Assembly (NCBI GenBank): GCA_040758355.1
Contig: JBFLWF010000014.1
Location: 1 to 64,000, forward strand
Direction: 5' to 3'
Origin: Nitrospirota bacterium
GTDB taxonomy: Bacteria > Nitrospirota > Thermodesulfovibrionia > Thermodesulfovibrionales > Dissulfurispiraceae
DNA: 64,000 nt
In this document: positions 39,619 through 49,285 of the stretch, in pieces
How the letters are laid out: each line of letters opens with the position of its first letter
How positions within the stretch are numbered: the first letter of the stretch is position 1
The notes under the pieces: model-generated
Seen by the model: only the letters and a program-made list of their open reading frames with translations
Database searches by the model: none
What the model was told of the DNA's origin: nothing
Program-made: the position numbers and the translations under genes

Positions 39619-39620
39619 GA

Positions 39621-40367
39621 CTAATCGAATCTTGTGATCTTGGCTCCTATGAAGGGCATTGATTTGATGTAATCTTTAAATAAAACCTTTTTCACAACGC
39701 CGCCTTTGCTTTTTATGCCGCCTGCATGAATCAAATAAATTTTCTTGTTTTCTATTTTTATTATCCCTATGTGCCCTACTATTTCCTCTGAGATTCTTTT
39801 CCCGGGATTTTTTATGAAGAAGATAATGTCTCCGGTTTTTAATTTCTGCATTTCTTTCATGAGTTCTCCTAAAGGCAGCATGTCAATGGAGTCCAATCCC
39901 CTTGAGCCTTTTATTTTTGTGACCCTTCCAATCTCTGAGGTTATTTCCTTTTCCCACTTTCTGCTGAATATCATGTCTTCGCCATATTCAAAGCGGTCAT
40001 CATAATTGACCACTTTGTTATCTTTAAGAATGCCTTTTGTATGAAATCTTTTGTCCAGCGCAATTTCGATCGCCTCAGCAGGGTTATTGCTCAGTGCAAG
40101 CTCCACTGCCCTGAATGTCAGATACATGCAGTCCACCTTTTCATCCGCCACAATAACTCCTCTGGCAACATATTCTCCTATTGGGTCGATATCGTATGGA
40201 GCACCAACAAACCTTTCCGCCCAGAATGCTATCCGCTCACCAACTGGCCTGTTTTTCAGTCCGGACTGATATTTGAGGATTTCTTCATCGGTAAGGGCAA
40301 ACGAAGTTGAAACATGGAATAATACAACAAGAATAAAGAGTATCATTAACCCGAAAAATGCATTCAT
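39621..40367 (-). CDS. DUF1460-like (NlpC/P60 fold) amidase-like protein
   Basis: Signal peptide, FVGAPY, VDCMY, GDII, GHIGII, HA. Start uncertain. Confidence 0.7.
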   Translation of the reverse strand: MNAFFGLMILFILVVLFHVSTSFALTDEEILKYQSGLKNRPVGERIAFWAERFVGAPYDIDPIGEYVARGVIVADEKVDCMYLTFRAVELALSNNPAEAIEIALDKRFHTKGILKDNKVVNYDDRFEYGEDMIFSRKWEKEITSEIGRVTKIKGSRGLDSIDMLPLGELMKEMQKLKTGDIIFFIKNPGKRISEEIVGHIGIIKIENKKIYLIHAGGIKSKGGVVKKVLFKDYIKSMPFIGAKITRFD

Positions 40368-40519
40368 ATGGGGGCATAGACGGTTAAAAGTCTTTACAAT
40401 GCGCATTTGTTTGAAACCATCCAGTATGTTAAGCGTGAATTGTTTTATTGCATATGTAGAAACGGTCATCCTCAACAATGTGGCGCTGCAAAGCCTTTTA
40501 TCCGCCCATGCCCCATATG
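40365..40519. repeat. Hairpin/MITE-like element, copy 3 (diverged)
   Basis: CATATGGGGGCATAGACGGTTAAAAGTCTTTACA pairs with TGCAAAGCCTTTTATCCGCCCATGCCCCATATG. Confidence 0.6.
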
Positions 40520-40582
40520 TTCAAAGTTTAATCGCATTTTGGTTAAGTCATTTGCCACATGTTTCATATGCTATAATACCAC

Positions 40583-41596
40583 ATGTCAGAAATTATCAAC
40601 CCTTTCTCCACCACAGGCATCGGAAGTCTCCCGCACAGAAATCCTGAGGAGGCTTGCGAGCTTATACTCAGGACATTCGATATCCCTTTCTGGCCTCAGT
40701 TGCCGAAACGCTCATTTAAAGAGTCCATGATCATCCAGTATTCTGAAGGAATGCCTTATATAAGGACGAATGAGAAGGAGCAGGAGGCGTGGATTATAAG
40801 GGATGGAAGCGACGAGCTTGAAAGGTTTTACGAATCATGTGCGGAAAATACAAAGATAGCCATATCCGAAGATTATGCAATGGGATTGCATATGTTTTTA
40901 AGGATGATAAAGGGCAGGAGGTTTCGGATATTGAAAGGGCATGTTACAGGCCCTCTCACATTCACCCTCGGACTGAAAGACAACTACGGAAGGCTTGTGT
41001 ATTTTGATGAGGAACTGCGTGAAATCTCATCCATGCTTTTAAAGGCAAAAGTGCGGTGGCAGATAGATTTATTAAAGCAGCATTCGGACAATGTTATCAT
41101 TTTTATTGACGAGCCGATCCTCTCAGCAATAGGCAGTTCATCCTATCTCGGGGTTGACAGCGAGGAGGTCTTGAGACTGCTTAAAGACATGATGTCCGCC
41201 ATTGAAGAGGCAGGCGGGATATCAGGCATACACTGCTGCGGCAGGGCTGACTGGCCGATGGTGATTAAGAGTGGTGCTCGGATACTGAACTTTGATGCCT
41301 TTGAGTATTTCGATACACTTGCCATATATCATGAAGAAATAAAAAATTTCCTTCAGACAGGCGGATACCTTGCATGGGGAATTGTGCCCACATCGGATGC
41401 CATTAACTCCGTTGATGACAGATACATCAATAAATTGATGGATAATCATCTCAAAAAATTATATGAGCATATACCCTCCGAACTCGTTAATTCGCAAATC
41501 CTCATTACGCCTTCATGCGGGACAGGCTCAAGGAGTATAGAGGAGACCATCAAGGTATTTCAGTTGGTCATGAGATTGAAAGAGGCGATGGTATGA
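40583..41596 (+). CDS. Core (folate-independent) methionine synthase-like protein, MesB type
   Basis: TGIGSLPH, PFWPQLP, KGHVTGP, IDEP, HCC, AWGIVPT, TPSCG; single barrel of 337 aa. Confidence 0.75.
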   Translation: MSEIINPFSTTGIGSLPHRNPEEACELILRTFDIPFWPQLPKRSFKESMIIQYSEGMPYIRTNEKEQEAWIIRDGSDELERFYESCAENTKIAISEDYAMGLHMFLRMIKGRRFRILKGHVTGPLTFTLGLKDNYGRLVYFDEELREISSMLLKAKVRWQIDLLKQHSDNVIIFIDEPILSAIGSSSYLGVDSEEVLRLLKDMMSAIEEAGGISGIHCCGRADWPMVIKSGARILNFDAFEYFDTLAIYHEEIKNFLQTGGYLAWGIVPTSDAINSVDDRYINKLMDNHLKKLYEHIPSELVNSQILITPSCGTGSRSIEETIKVFQLVMRLKEAMV

Positions 41597-42255
41597 AAGG
41601 AATTCAGCAGTCAGCAGTCAGCAGTCAGTCAAAAAAAGGTATTTTTATTTCCCTCGAAGGCATAGAGGGAACGGGAAAGACCACGCAGGCAAGGCTCCTG
41701 TCAGAGCGTCTTGTTGAGAAAGGCTATGAGGTGATACTGACTCAGGAGCCCGGAGGAACTGTTATCGGCAACAGGATCCGTGAAATACTCCTTCACGTGG
41801 ATCACAGGGAGATGTCTTACATGGTAGAGCTTCTTTTGTATAATGCTGACAGGGCGCAGCATTTAAACGAAAAGATTCTGCCGGCTGTGAATGACGGAAA
41901 GATCGTTATCACCGATAGGTTTACCGATTCAACAATTGCTTATCAGGGCTACGGCAGGGGGATTGATATTGAGCTTCTGAAATCAATCGACCTTATTGCG
42001 ACAGGCGGCATAAGGCCGGATTTGACAATACTTTTCGACCTCGATGTCGAAACAGGATTGAAGAGGAACAAAGGGATAAATAAGGTTGACAGGCTTGAGC
42101 TTGAGGATATCGAATTTCATAAGAAAGTCCGTGAAGGGTATTTGAAGATCGCAGAAGCGGAGACTGAGAGGATAAAGATTGTGGATGCATCCCTGCCGCT
42201 GAAAGATGTCAGTGAAAAAGTATGGGAGATCGTGAGATGGCGCTTGGAGAAATAA
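41593..42255 (+). CDS. tmk: Thymidylate kinase
   Basis: EGIEGTGKTT, EPGGT, DRFTDSTIAYQG; ATGA overlap with the upstream gene. Confidence 0.96.
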   Translation: MKGIQQSAVSSQSKKGIFISLEGIEGTGKTTQARLLSERLVEKGYEVILTQEPGGTVIGNRIREILLHVDHREMSYMVELLLYNADRAQHLNEKILPAVNDGKIVITDRFTDSTIAYQGYGRGIDIELLKSIDLIATGGIRPDLTILFDLDVETGLKRNKGINKVDRLELEDIEFHKKVREGYLKIAEAETERIKIVDASLPLKDVSEKVWEIVRWRLEK

Positions 42256-43178
42256 TCGGTCAGGACAGGGCATTAAGAATACTTCTGGGAACTCTGAAAA
42301 GGAACAGGGTGCCTTCATCTGTCCTGTTGTCAGGGGATTCCGGCATCGGCAAAAGGCTTGCTGCAATAAATTATGCCAAGGTCGTTAATTGTCTTGAGCC
42401 TGTTGATTTTGACTGCTGCGATAAATGCATGTCATGTAAAAAGATAGACTCGGAGATGCACCCCGATATATCGATGATTGTCCCTGAAAATGACGTGATT
42501 ACCATAGAGACTATAAGAAACACACAGGAAGTAATTTCATTAAAGCCGTATGAAGGCAGGAAAAAGGTCCTTATAGTCGATGACGCAGATGCCATGAATA
42601 TTTATGCTGCCAATGCATTTCTTAAGACCCTCGAAGAGCCTCCCGAGGACAGTCTTATAATTCTCATATCGTCCAATCCAGAAAGGCTGCCCGATACCAT
42701 CAGGTCGAGGTGCGTAAATGTCCGGTTTTATCCATTGCCTGTTGATGGATGCAGGGAAGTGGTTTTAAAAAAGGGGGATTTCGCAAATATTAATTTTATT
42801 CTCAATCTTTCCATGGGAAGGCCTGGTCTTGCAGTATCGAGGGATTTCATAAAAGAGAACGAATGGTTTGCGAAACTTCTCAATAACATGATTCACGGTG
42901 AATCAAAGGACTCATGGGGAGATAAAGGAGAAATCAGGGCATGGCTTGATATGGCCTTTATTCTTTTGAGGGATATGGCTGTTTATAAAATTACGGGTAG
43001 TGAAAAAGACTTGATGTTAAAGGGTCAAGGGTCAAAGGTCAAGGGTCAAGAGATCAAAAGCATTCTGAATGCGTATCAGGATATGCAGCAGGTAAGGGGT
43101 CTCCTTGATTTTAATCTCAATAAATCCATAACATGGAATTATGTGGCAAGCATAATGAGAAGGGTAATGGAGGTATAG
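42237..43178 (+). CDS. holB: DNA polymerase III delta' subunit
   Basis: Zn cluster, HPD, ANAFLKTLEEP, TIRSRC. Confidence 0.94.
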   Translation: MALGEIIGQDRALRILLGTLKRNRVPSSVLLSGDSGIGKRLAAINYAKVVNCLEPVDFDCCDKCMSCKKIDSEMHPDISMIVPENDVITIETIRNTQEVISLKPYEGRKKVLIVDDADAMNIYAANAFLKTLEEPPEDSLIILISSNPERLPDTIRSRCVNVRFYPLPVDGCREVVLKKGDFANINFILNLSMGRPGLAVSRDFIKENEWFAKLLNNMIHGESKDSWGDKGEIRAWLDMAFILLRDMAVYKITGSEKDLMLKGQGSKVKGQEIKSILNAYQDMQQVRGLLDFNLNKSITWNYVASIMRRVMEV

Positions 43179-44051
43179 ATGCCTGATGTTGTTGGTATAA
43201 GGTTTAAAAGCTGCGGGAAGATATACGATTTTGAGGTGAATGGCATAGATATAAAGGAAGGGGATTCTGTGGTTGTGGAGTCTGATTTCGGACTCAGTAT
43301 CGGCAGGGTGATAACGGGAAGGCATTTTATTGAATCCCCTGAAAGGGAGCTGAAGAAGGTTATCAGACTCGTTTCCGATGAAGATATTAAGGCTGTGGAA
43401 GAAAACAAGAAGCTTGAAAAAGAGGCGAGGGACTTCTGTGTCGAGCGTGTAATGGCCCGCGGCCTTCAGATGAAGCTTGTGGGAGCCGAGGCAACCCTCG
43501 ATAGAAAAAGGATAATCTTTTATTTCACTGCAGACGGCAGAATCGACTTCAGGGAGTTGGTAAAGGACCTTGCTGCGCGGTTCAAGACAAGGATTGAAAT
43601 GAGGCAGATTGGGGTAAGGGATGAGGCAAAACTCATCGGCGGTCTCGGCGTTTGCGGCAGAGAACTCTGCTGTAACACATTCCTCGCCTCATTTGAGCCT
43701 GTATCCATAAAAATGGCAAAAAAACAGGAACTGGTTTTAAATGTGGGCAAGCTCTCCGGTCTTTGCGGCAGGCTTATGTGCTGTCTCAGGTATGAATATG
43801 ACGGAGATATGGAGAGTATTTCTTCTGACGATGAGATACCAATAGAGCATGAGGAAGTGTCTGAGGAAAAGGCAGGGAGCGGTATTTCTGCTGTGCTTTC
43901 GAAACTGGAGCAGAGCGATGCGACCGAAGAATCCATAGAAACTCCACCACAACCACAACCTGAGCAGCCAAAGCCTGAACAGCCAAAACCCGAACAAACC
44001 GAACATCGGCATAAGAAATTCAGGCATAAAAGGAGGCGTTTCAGGAGATGA
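43179..44051 (+). CDS. ricT: PSP1/RicT (YaaT) family protein
   Basis: FTADGRIDFRELVKDLA, CGRELCC, CGRLMCCL. Confidence 0.9.
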   Translation: MPDVVGIRFKSCGKIYDFEVNGIDIKEGDSVVVESDFGLSIGRVITGRHFIESPERELKKVIRLVSDEDIKAVEENKKLEKEARDFCVERVMARGLQMKLVGAEATLDRKRIIFYFTADGRIDFRELVKDLAARFKTRIEMRQIGVRDEAKLIGGLGVCGRELCCNTFLASFEPVSIKMAKKQELVLNVGKLSGLCGRLMCCLRYEYDGDMESISSDDEIPIEHEEVSEEKAGSGISAVLSKLEQSDATEESIETPPQPQPEQPKPEQPKPEQTEHRHKKFRHKRRRFRR

Positions 44052-46021
44052 CCAGATTCTATGTGACCACACCCATTTATTATGTAAATGACATACCACA
44101 TATCGGTCACGCATATACAACTATTGCAGCAGACATCCTTGCAAGATACAATCGCCTTAAGGACAACGAAGTTTTCTTTTTGACAGGGACAGACGAGCAT
44201 GGACAGAAGGTTGAGAAGGCTGCGAAAGAGAGGGGCAAGACCCCAAAAGAGCATGCTGACAGCATGGTGGATAATTTTAAGAATCTCTGGAAGAAGCTGA
44301 ATATATCCAATGATGCATTCATACGCACTACCGACATCGAGCATATTAAGACTGTTCAGGGGCTTCTGCAGATGCTCTTTGACAGGGGAGAGATAGAAAA
44401 GAGGAGCTATGCCGGATGGTACTGTGTGCCTGATGAAAGGTTCTGGACAGAGAAGGATTTAATAGAAGGAAAATGCCCTGACTGCGGAAGACCTGTTGAG
44501 CAGATACAGGAAGAAAATTATTTTTTTCTCATGTCGAAATATCAGGAGCTTTTAATAAAGCATATAGAAGAAAATCCTGCTTATATACTTCCTGAAACCC
44601 GCAAAAACGAAGTCCTCGGTTTTTTAAAGAACAATACACTGGGAGATTTATGCATATCGAGGCCGAAGCAGAGGCTTTCGTGGGGAATTCCCCTTCCATT
44701 CGATGATAACTTTGTTACATATGTATGGTTTGATGCGCTGGTGAATTATTTTTCGGCAACGAGATATCTCGCACCAGCAGTCAGCAGTCAGCAGTCAGCA
44801 GTCAGCGAAACTGCCCCCCTCTTACCAGAGGGGGTTCGTGGGGGAGACAAAGTCTCCCCCACGCTATGGTGGCCTGCAAACCACCACATCATCGGCAAAG
44901 ATATTCTCACAACACATGCAGTTTATTGGTCAACAATGCTCATGGCTCTGAATTTTCCTTTGCCGGATAATATCTTTGCCCACGGCTGGTGGACAGTGGA
45001 TGGAAAAAAGATGTCCAAATCCATCGGCAATGTTGTTGACCCCAATGCAATGGTAGATAAATACGGAATTGACGCATTCCGCTATTTCCTTTTCAGGGAA
45101 GTGCCGTTCGGACTCGACGGAGATTTTTCAGAAGACGCCTTGATAAGGCGCATAAACACAGACCTCGCAAATGACCTCGGAAATCTTTTGAGCAGATTTC
45201 TTACAATGGCAGAAAAGTATTTCGAGGGAAGGATAGAGATTGTTGAGTCTGCCGGAGATTTTGCAGGTGAATGCATAAAGACAATCGAGAATATTAATAA
45301 AGAAGACTATTGGCTGCGTCTTCAGTTTAATCTAATACTCGAAAACATATGGAGTATTGTCGGAGCCGCAAACAACTATATTGCGCAGAAAGAGCCGTGG
45401 AAGCTTGCAAAGAGCGATCCCGATGAATTGAAGACAGTTATATTCAATATCTGGAACGCATTGAGAGTTACTGCGCTTTCTGTATATCCGTTCATGCCTG
45501 ACACTTCAGAGAAGATATGGAGACAGCTTGGTCTTAAATCATTAAAAGAGGAAGCGATATCCCGGTGGGAATGGAAACCGAACTATGAAATAAAGGTCTC
45601 CAAAGGAGAGCAGCTTTTCCCGCGCATAGAGAAAAAAGAAGAAGAACAGAAACCTGAACAAAAGAAGGAGAAAACGAAAATGACGGAAGGCGTTAAAGAA
45701 TTAATTGCCATAGATGATTTTGCAAAGGTTGAATTAAAGGTTGGTAAGGTTATAAGCGCCGAAAAGGTTGAAAAGTCTGAAAAGCTGCTAAAACTTAAGG
45801 TCGATATAGGAGAAGAAAGGCAGATAGTTGCAGGTATTGCAAAGTCTTATACGCCTGATGATCTTATCGGTAAAAAAATCGTTGTGGTCGCAAACCTCAA
45901 GCCTGCAAAGCTCATGGGCATAGAGTCACATGGAATGCTCCTTGCAGCTACCGACGAGGAAGGAAGGCTCTCTGTTCTTACCCTCGACAGGGAAGTAAAG
46001 CAAGGAGCGAGGGTAAAGTAA
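44048..46021 (+). CDS. metG: Methionine-tRNA ligase
   Basis: HIGH, KMSKS, C-terminal tRNA-binding domain. Confidence 0.98.
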   Translation: MTRFYVTTPIYYVNDIPHIGHAYTTIAADILARYNRLKDNEVFFLTGTDEHGQKVEKAAKERGKTPKEHADSMVDNFKNLWKKLNISNDAFIRTTDIEHIKTVQGLLQMLFDRGEIEKRSYAGWYCVPDERFWTEKDLIEGKCPDCGRPVEQIQEENYFFLMSKYQELLIKHIEENPAYILPETRKNEVLGFLKNNTLGDLCISRPKQRLSWGIPLPFDDNFVTYVWFDALVNYFSATRYLAPAVSSQQSAVSETAPLLPEGVRGGDKVSPTLWWPANHHIIGKDILTTHAVYWSTMLMALNFPLPDNIFAHGWWTVDGKKMSKSIGNVVDPNAMVDKYGIDAFRYFLFREVPFGLDGDFSEDALIRRINTDLANDLGNLLSRFLTMAEKYFEGRIEIVESAGDFAGECIKTIENINKEDYWLRLQFNLILENIWSIVGAANNYIAQKEPWKLAKSDPDELKTVIFNIWNALRVTALSVYPFMPDTSEKIWRQLGLKSLKEEAISRWEWKPNYEIKVSKGEQLFPRIEKKEEEQKPEQKKEKTKMTEGVKELIAIDDFAKVELKVGKVISAEKVEKSEKLLKLKVDIGEERQIVAGIAKSYTPDDLIGKKIVVVANLKPAKLMGIESHGMLLAATDEEGRLSVLTLDREVKQGARVK

Positions 46022-46063
46022 AATTTATAAATGTTTATAACGTTTGCATTTTCTCCTGTTGTT

Positions 46064-46228
46064 TTATGCAGTTTCATATTGAAGAACTTTTAACTGCTCA
46101 GGTTTTATTCTGGCACTGAGATTTAGTATTTCAACACCAACTACTTTGCCATCTGCATTGAAATCCAGAATCACACCTGGCTGTACTTCCTCTGATTCCA
46201 CAATGGACGATTCGTCCAATCTGAAGTA
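46064..46228 (-). pseudogene. 5'-truncated DUF2283 gene
   Basis: YFRLDESSIVESEEVQPGVILDFNADGKVVGVEIL...; in-frame stop upstream with no ATG/GTG/TTG start. Confidence 0.7.
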
Positions 46229-46390
46229 AAAATATAAAAAGAGGGACAGCGACCATTAAGAAAGAAAGGCATGTATGAGAATTCACGGGCTCGACGTGAA
46301 ACTGTCTTGCCTCCTCATTAGTTCAAGCCTTGAGACGACGCGTAGTGCCGCCATTATGCTAAAATGAAAATAAAGAAAAGAGGTGATTTT

Positions 46391-46621
46391 ATGACAACGA
46401 AAACAAAGGACTTAATTTCAATGGTTGAGTCTTTGCCTGTAGATATAAAAACGACCCTCGTTGAAAAGATTCTTAATAGCCTGCATCCATCGCAAAAAGA
46501 AATAGATGCACTATGGGCAAAAGAAGCTGAAAAACGAGTCAAGGAAATTAAAGCTGGAAAAGTCAAAACCATTCCCGGCGATAAGGTCTTTAAGGAAATT
46601 CGGGAAAGATTCCATAGATGA
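46391..46621 (+). CDS. Putative addiction-module antitoxin
   Basis: LPVDIKTTLVEKILNSL...IDALWAKEAEKR...TIPG; GAGGTG SD. Confidence 0.85.
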   Translation: MTTKTKDLISMVESLPVDIKTTLVEKILNSLHPSQKEIDALWAKEAEKRVKEIKAGKVKTIPGDKVFKEIRERFHR

Positions 46622-46656
46622 AATACTCTTTCCATCCGAAGCCACGCTATCTGTGA
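46618..46656 (+). pseudogene. Remnant of a RelE/ParE toxin
   Basis: ATGA-coupled MKYSFHP; CATCCGAAGCC is one base short of HPEA; stop after 12 codons. Confidence 0.55.
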
Positions 46657-46737
46657 TTTCAGTCGTAAAACCCTAACGATAAAAGCCCCAAAAATGTTAT
46701 TATATACTCCTTCATTGAAAACAAAGGGAGAGGGGCA

Positions 46738-47421
46738 ATGCCTGAACAGAAAGTAAAACACTGGCCTGAGAATGAGAGGCCGAGGGAGAGGCTCATCAAA
46801 TATGGCGCTGAGAGCCTTTCCGATGCACAGCTTCTTGCAATCATTCTCAGAACAGGCAGCGGAGAAAAAGGAGTATTAGGCCTCTCGATGTCGCTCCTCG
46901 ATGCCTTCAAAACCCTGAGGAATATAGATGCTGCATCAATCTCCGAGCTTTCCTCAATGAAAGGCCTTGGAATTGCAAAGATTGCCCAGATCAAGGCAGC
47001 CTTTGAACTTGGGAAGAGATTGATGGGCGAGTCTTCTGACGGCAAGCCTGTATTTTCCTCAAGCCACTCGATCTATTCGTATTTTGCTCCAAGGTTTAAA
47101 AACCTCAAAAAGGAATTTTTTATAGGTGTCCTTCTCGATGCAAAGAACAGGCTTATAAGGGAATGCAAGGTTTCTGAAGGGACGCTCACAAATTCACTTA
47201 TTCATCCGCGCGAGGCATTTAAAGAAGCAGTCAAGGAATCGGCTGCATCGGTTATATTTGTTCATAACCATCCAAGTGGTGACCCGACACCGAGCAGGGA
47301 TGATATTACCATTACAGAAAGATTAAAGAGTGCCGGCAACATTATCGGCATAAATGTACTTGACCATGTGATTATAGGTGATGGAAAATATGTGAGCCTT
47401 AAAGAGAAGGGCGTGTTGTGA
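46738..47421 (+). CDS. radC: RadC/UPF0758 JAB-domain protein
   Basis: ERPRERL, HPRE, HNHPSGDPTPSRDD. Confidence 0.95.
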   Translation: MPEQKVKHWPENERPRERLIKYGAESLSDAQLLAIILRTGSGEKGVLGLSMSLLDAFKTLRNIDAASISELSSMKGLGIAKIAQIKAAFELGKRLMGESSDGKPVFSSSHSIYSYFAPRFKNLKKEFFIGVLLDAKNRLIRECKVSEGTLTNSLIHPREAFKEAVKESAASVIFVHNHPSGDPTPSRDDITITERLKSAGNIIGINVLDHVIIGDGKYVSLKEKGVL

Positions 47422-47454
47422 TAAAATAGCTCATATTAATTAAGGAGGCTAACC

Positions 47455-47619
47455 ATGCCGGCATATGATTACAAGTGTGATAAGTGTGGAGAGACCTTTT
47501 CTTTAATTATGAGCATAAAGGAGAAAGAGACGAAGAAGGTGAAATGTCCCAAGTGTAAGAGTGTGAAAGTTAAGCCTGTGTATTCGGGATTTTTTGCCGT
47601 GACTTCGAAGAAGTCATAA
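47455..47619 (+). CDS. FmdB-family zinc-ribbon protein; not in the ORF track
   Basis: AAGGAGG SD; MPAYDYKCDKCGETF...CPKCKS. Confidence 0.88.
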   Translation: MPAYDYKCDKCGETFSLIMSIKEKETKKVKCPKCKSVKVKPVYSGFFAVTSKKS

Positions 47620-47731
47620 GATTAGCTTTCAGCCATCAGCCGTCAGCGAAATGATTTAATCTTGAGCCTCATCATTTTTTACTGAAAGCTGACAGCTAAT
47701 TGCTGAATGCTTATTTTATTTATAGGAGGAT

Positions 47732-49285
47732 ATGGCAATGATTAAAAGGGCACTAATCAGTGTTTCTGACAAGAGAGGCGTTGTTGATTTTGGAAAAGAA
47801 CTGTCTGCAATGGGAGTTGAGATACTGTCAACAGGAGGCACTGCAAAGGCGCTTCGTGATGCAGGCATTGCAGTTGTGGAGGTTTCCGATTATACAGGAT
47901 TTCCGGAGATGCTTGACGGAAGGCTTAAGACACTTCATCCGAAGATACACGGCGGTCTTTTAGCAAGGCGCAGCAATTCAAAGGATATGGACGATATACA
48001 GAAGCATGACATTAAGCCGATAGACATGGTTGTTGTTAATCTTTATCCATTCGAGGAAACCATTTCAAAGCCCAATGTAACCTTCGAAGATGCAATTGAA
48101 AATATAGACATCGGAGGGCCGACAATGCTCAGGGCTGCATCAAAGAATTTTCAGGATGTGGCGGTTGTTGTGGACCCCGATGATTATAAGAATATAACAG
48201 ACGAAATGAAGTCATCCAAGGGCGAGATAAGCAGGGAGACGAAGCTTAATCTCGCAAAGAAGGTCTTTGCCCACACATCAAGATACGACACGCTCATTGC
48301 GGATTATTTAACAGGCGTAACAGAAAAGGAGCCATCCTTCCCCGAATACTTTACAACATCTCTGAAAAGGGTTTCTGTTTTAAGATACGGTGAGAACCCG
48401 CAGCAGAAGGCTGCAATATACAAAGAGAGGACTAACGGCCTTTCCCTTCCAGATGCTAAGGTGCTTCAGGGCAAGGAGATGTCTTTCAACAATTACCTCG
48501 ATGCCCATTCTGCACTCATGCTTGCCCTCGAGTTTGATAAAAAGGCGTGTGCAATCATAAAGCATAATAATCCATGCGGGGCTGCTCTGGGCGATACTGC
48601 TGCCGAGGCTTATAAAAAGGCAGAAAAGGCAGACCCTATTTCTGCATTCGGCGGAGTTGTTGCATTCAATACAGAGGTTGACGGTGCTGCTGCAAAGGAG
48701 ATGGCGGAGATGTTCCTTGAGGTTGTGATAGCACCATCTTTTAAAAAGGAGGCCCTCGAAATATTCTCTAAAAAGCCGAATATAAGGCTCCTCGAACTTT
48801 CAAATATGCTCGAAAAGAAAAAGGCTGCTTCATGGGATATGAAGAGGATTGCAGGCGGTATGCTCCTTCAGGGATGGGATTATTCCGGTGAGGACATAAT
48901 GACGATGAAGGCTGTTACAAAGCGGCAGCCCACAAAGGATGAGCTTGAGGCGCTTTCATTCGCATGGAAGGTCTGCAAGCATGTCAAATCAAATGCCGTA
49001 GTTTATGCATTCAAGGACAGGACAGCAGGCATAGGCATAGGCCAGACAAAGAGGGTCTATTCTGCAAAGATAGGCGCGATGAATGCAACAGAGCCGATAA
49101 AAGGATCTGTTGCAGCATCTGACGGATTCTTTCCATTCAGGGACGGCATAGATGTGCTCCATGAAATGGGCGTCACTGCTGTTGTTCAGCCCGGCGGCTC
49201 TGTAAAGGATTCCGAGGTCATACAGGCAGCAGACGAATATGATATGGCGATGATAATCACAGGGACGAGGCATTTCAGGCACTGA
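47732..49285 (+). CDS. purH: AICAR transformylase/IMP cyclohydrolase
   Basis: [31 protein letters not shown]. Confidence 0.98.
   Translation: MAMIKRALISVSDKRGVVDFGKELSAMGVEILSTGGTAKALRDAGIAVVEVSDYTGFPEMLDGRLKTLHPKIHGGLLARRSNSKDMDDIQKHDIKPIDMVVVNLYPFEETISKPNVTFEDAIENIDIGGPTMLRAASKNFQDVAVVVDPDDYKNITDEMKSSKGEISRETKLNLAKKVFAHTSRYDTLIADYLTGVTEKEPSFPEYFTTSLKRVSVLRYGENPQQKAAIYKERTNGLSLPDAKVLQGKEMSFNNYLDAHSALMLALEFDKKACAIIKHNNPCGAALGDTAAEAYKKAEKADPISAFGGVVAFNTEVDGAAAKEMAEMFLEVVIAPSFKKEALEIFSKKPNIRLLELSNMLEKKKAASWDMKRIAGGMLLQGWDYSGEDIMTMKAVTKRQPTKDELEALSFAWKVCKHVKSNAVVYAFKDRTAGIGIGQTKRVYSAKIGAMNATEPIKGSVAASDGFFPFRDGIDVLHEMGVTAVVQPGGSVKDSEVIQAADEYDMAMIITGTRHFRH

Noticed and set aside
43950..43998. PEQPK repeats in RicT as part of the heptamer phenomenon
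   Set aside because: 15 nt codon-phased units with synonymous variation; an ordinary low-complexity tail.
43520..44344. Long antisense ORFs (also 62501-63202, 31236-31826, 7257-7811)
   Set aside because: Shadow or alternate-frame ORFs over well-supported genes, with no recognisable motifs.
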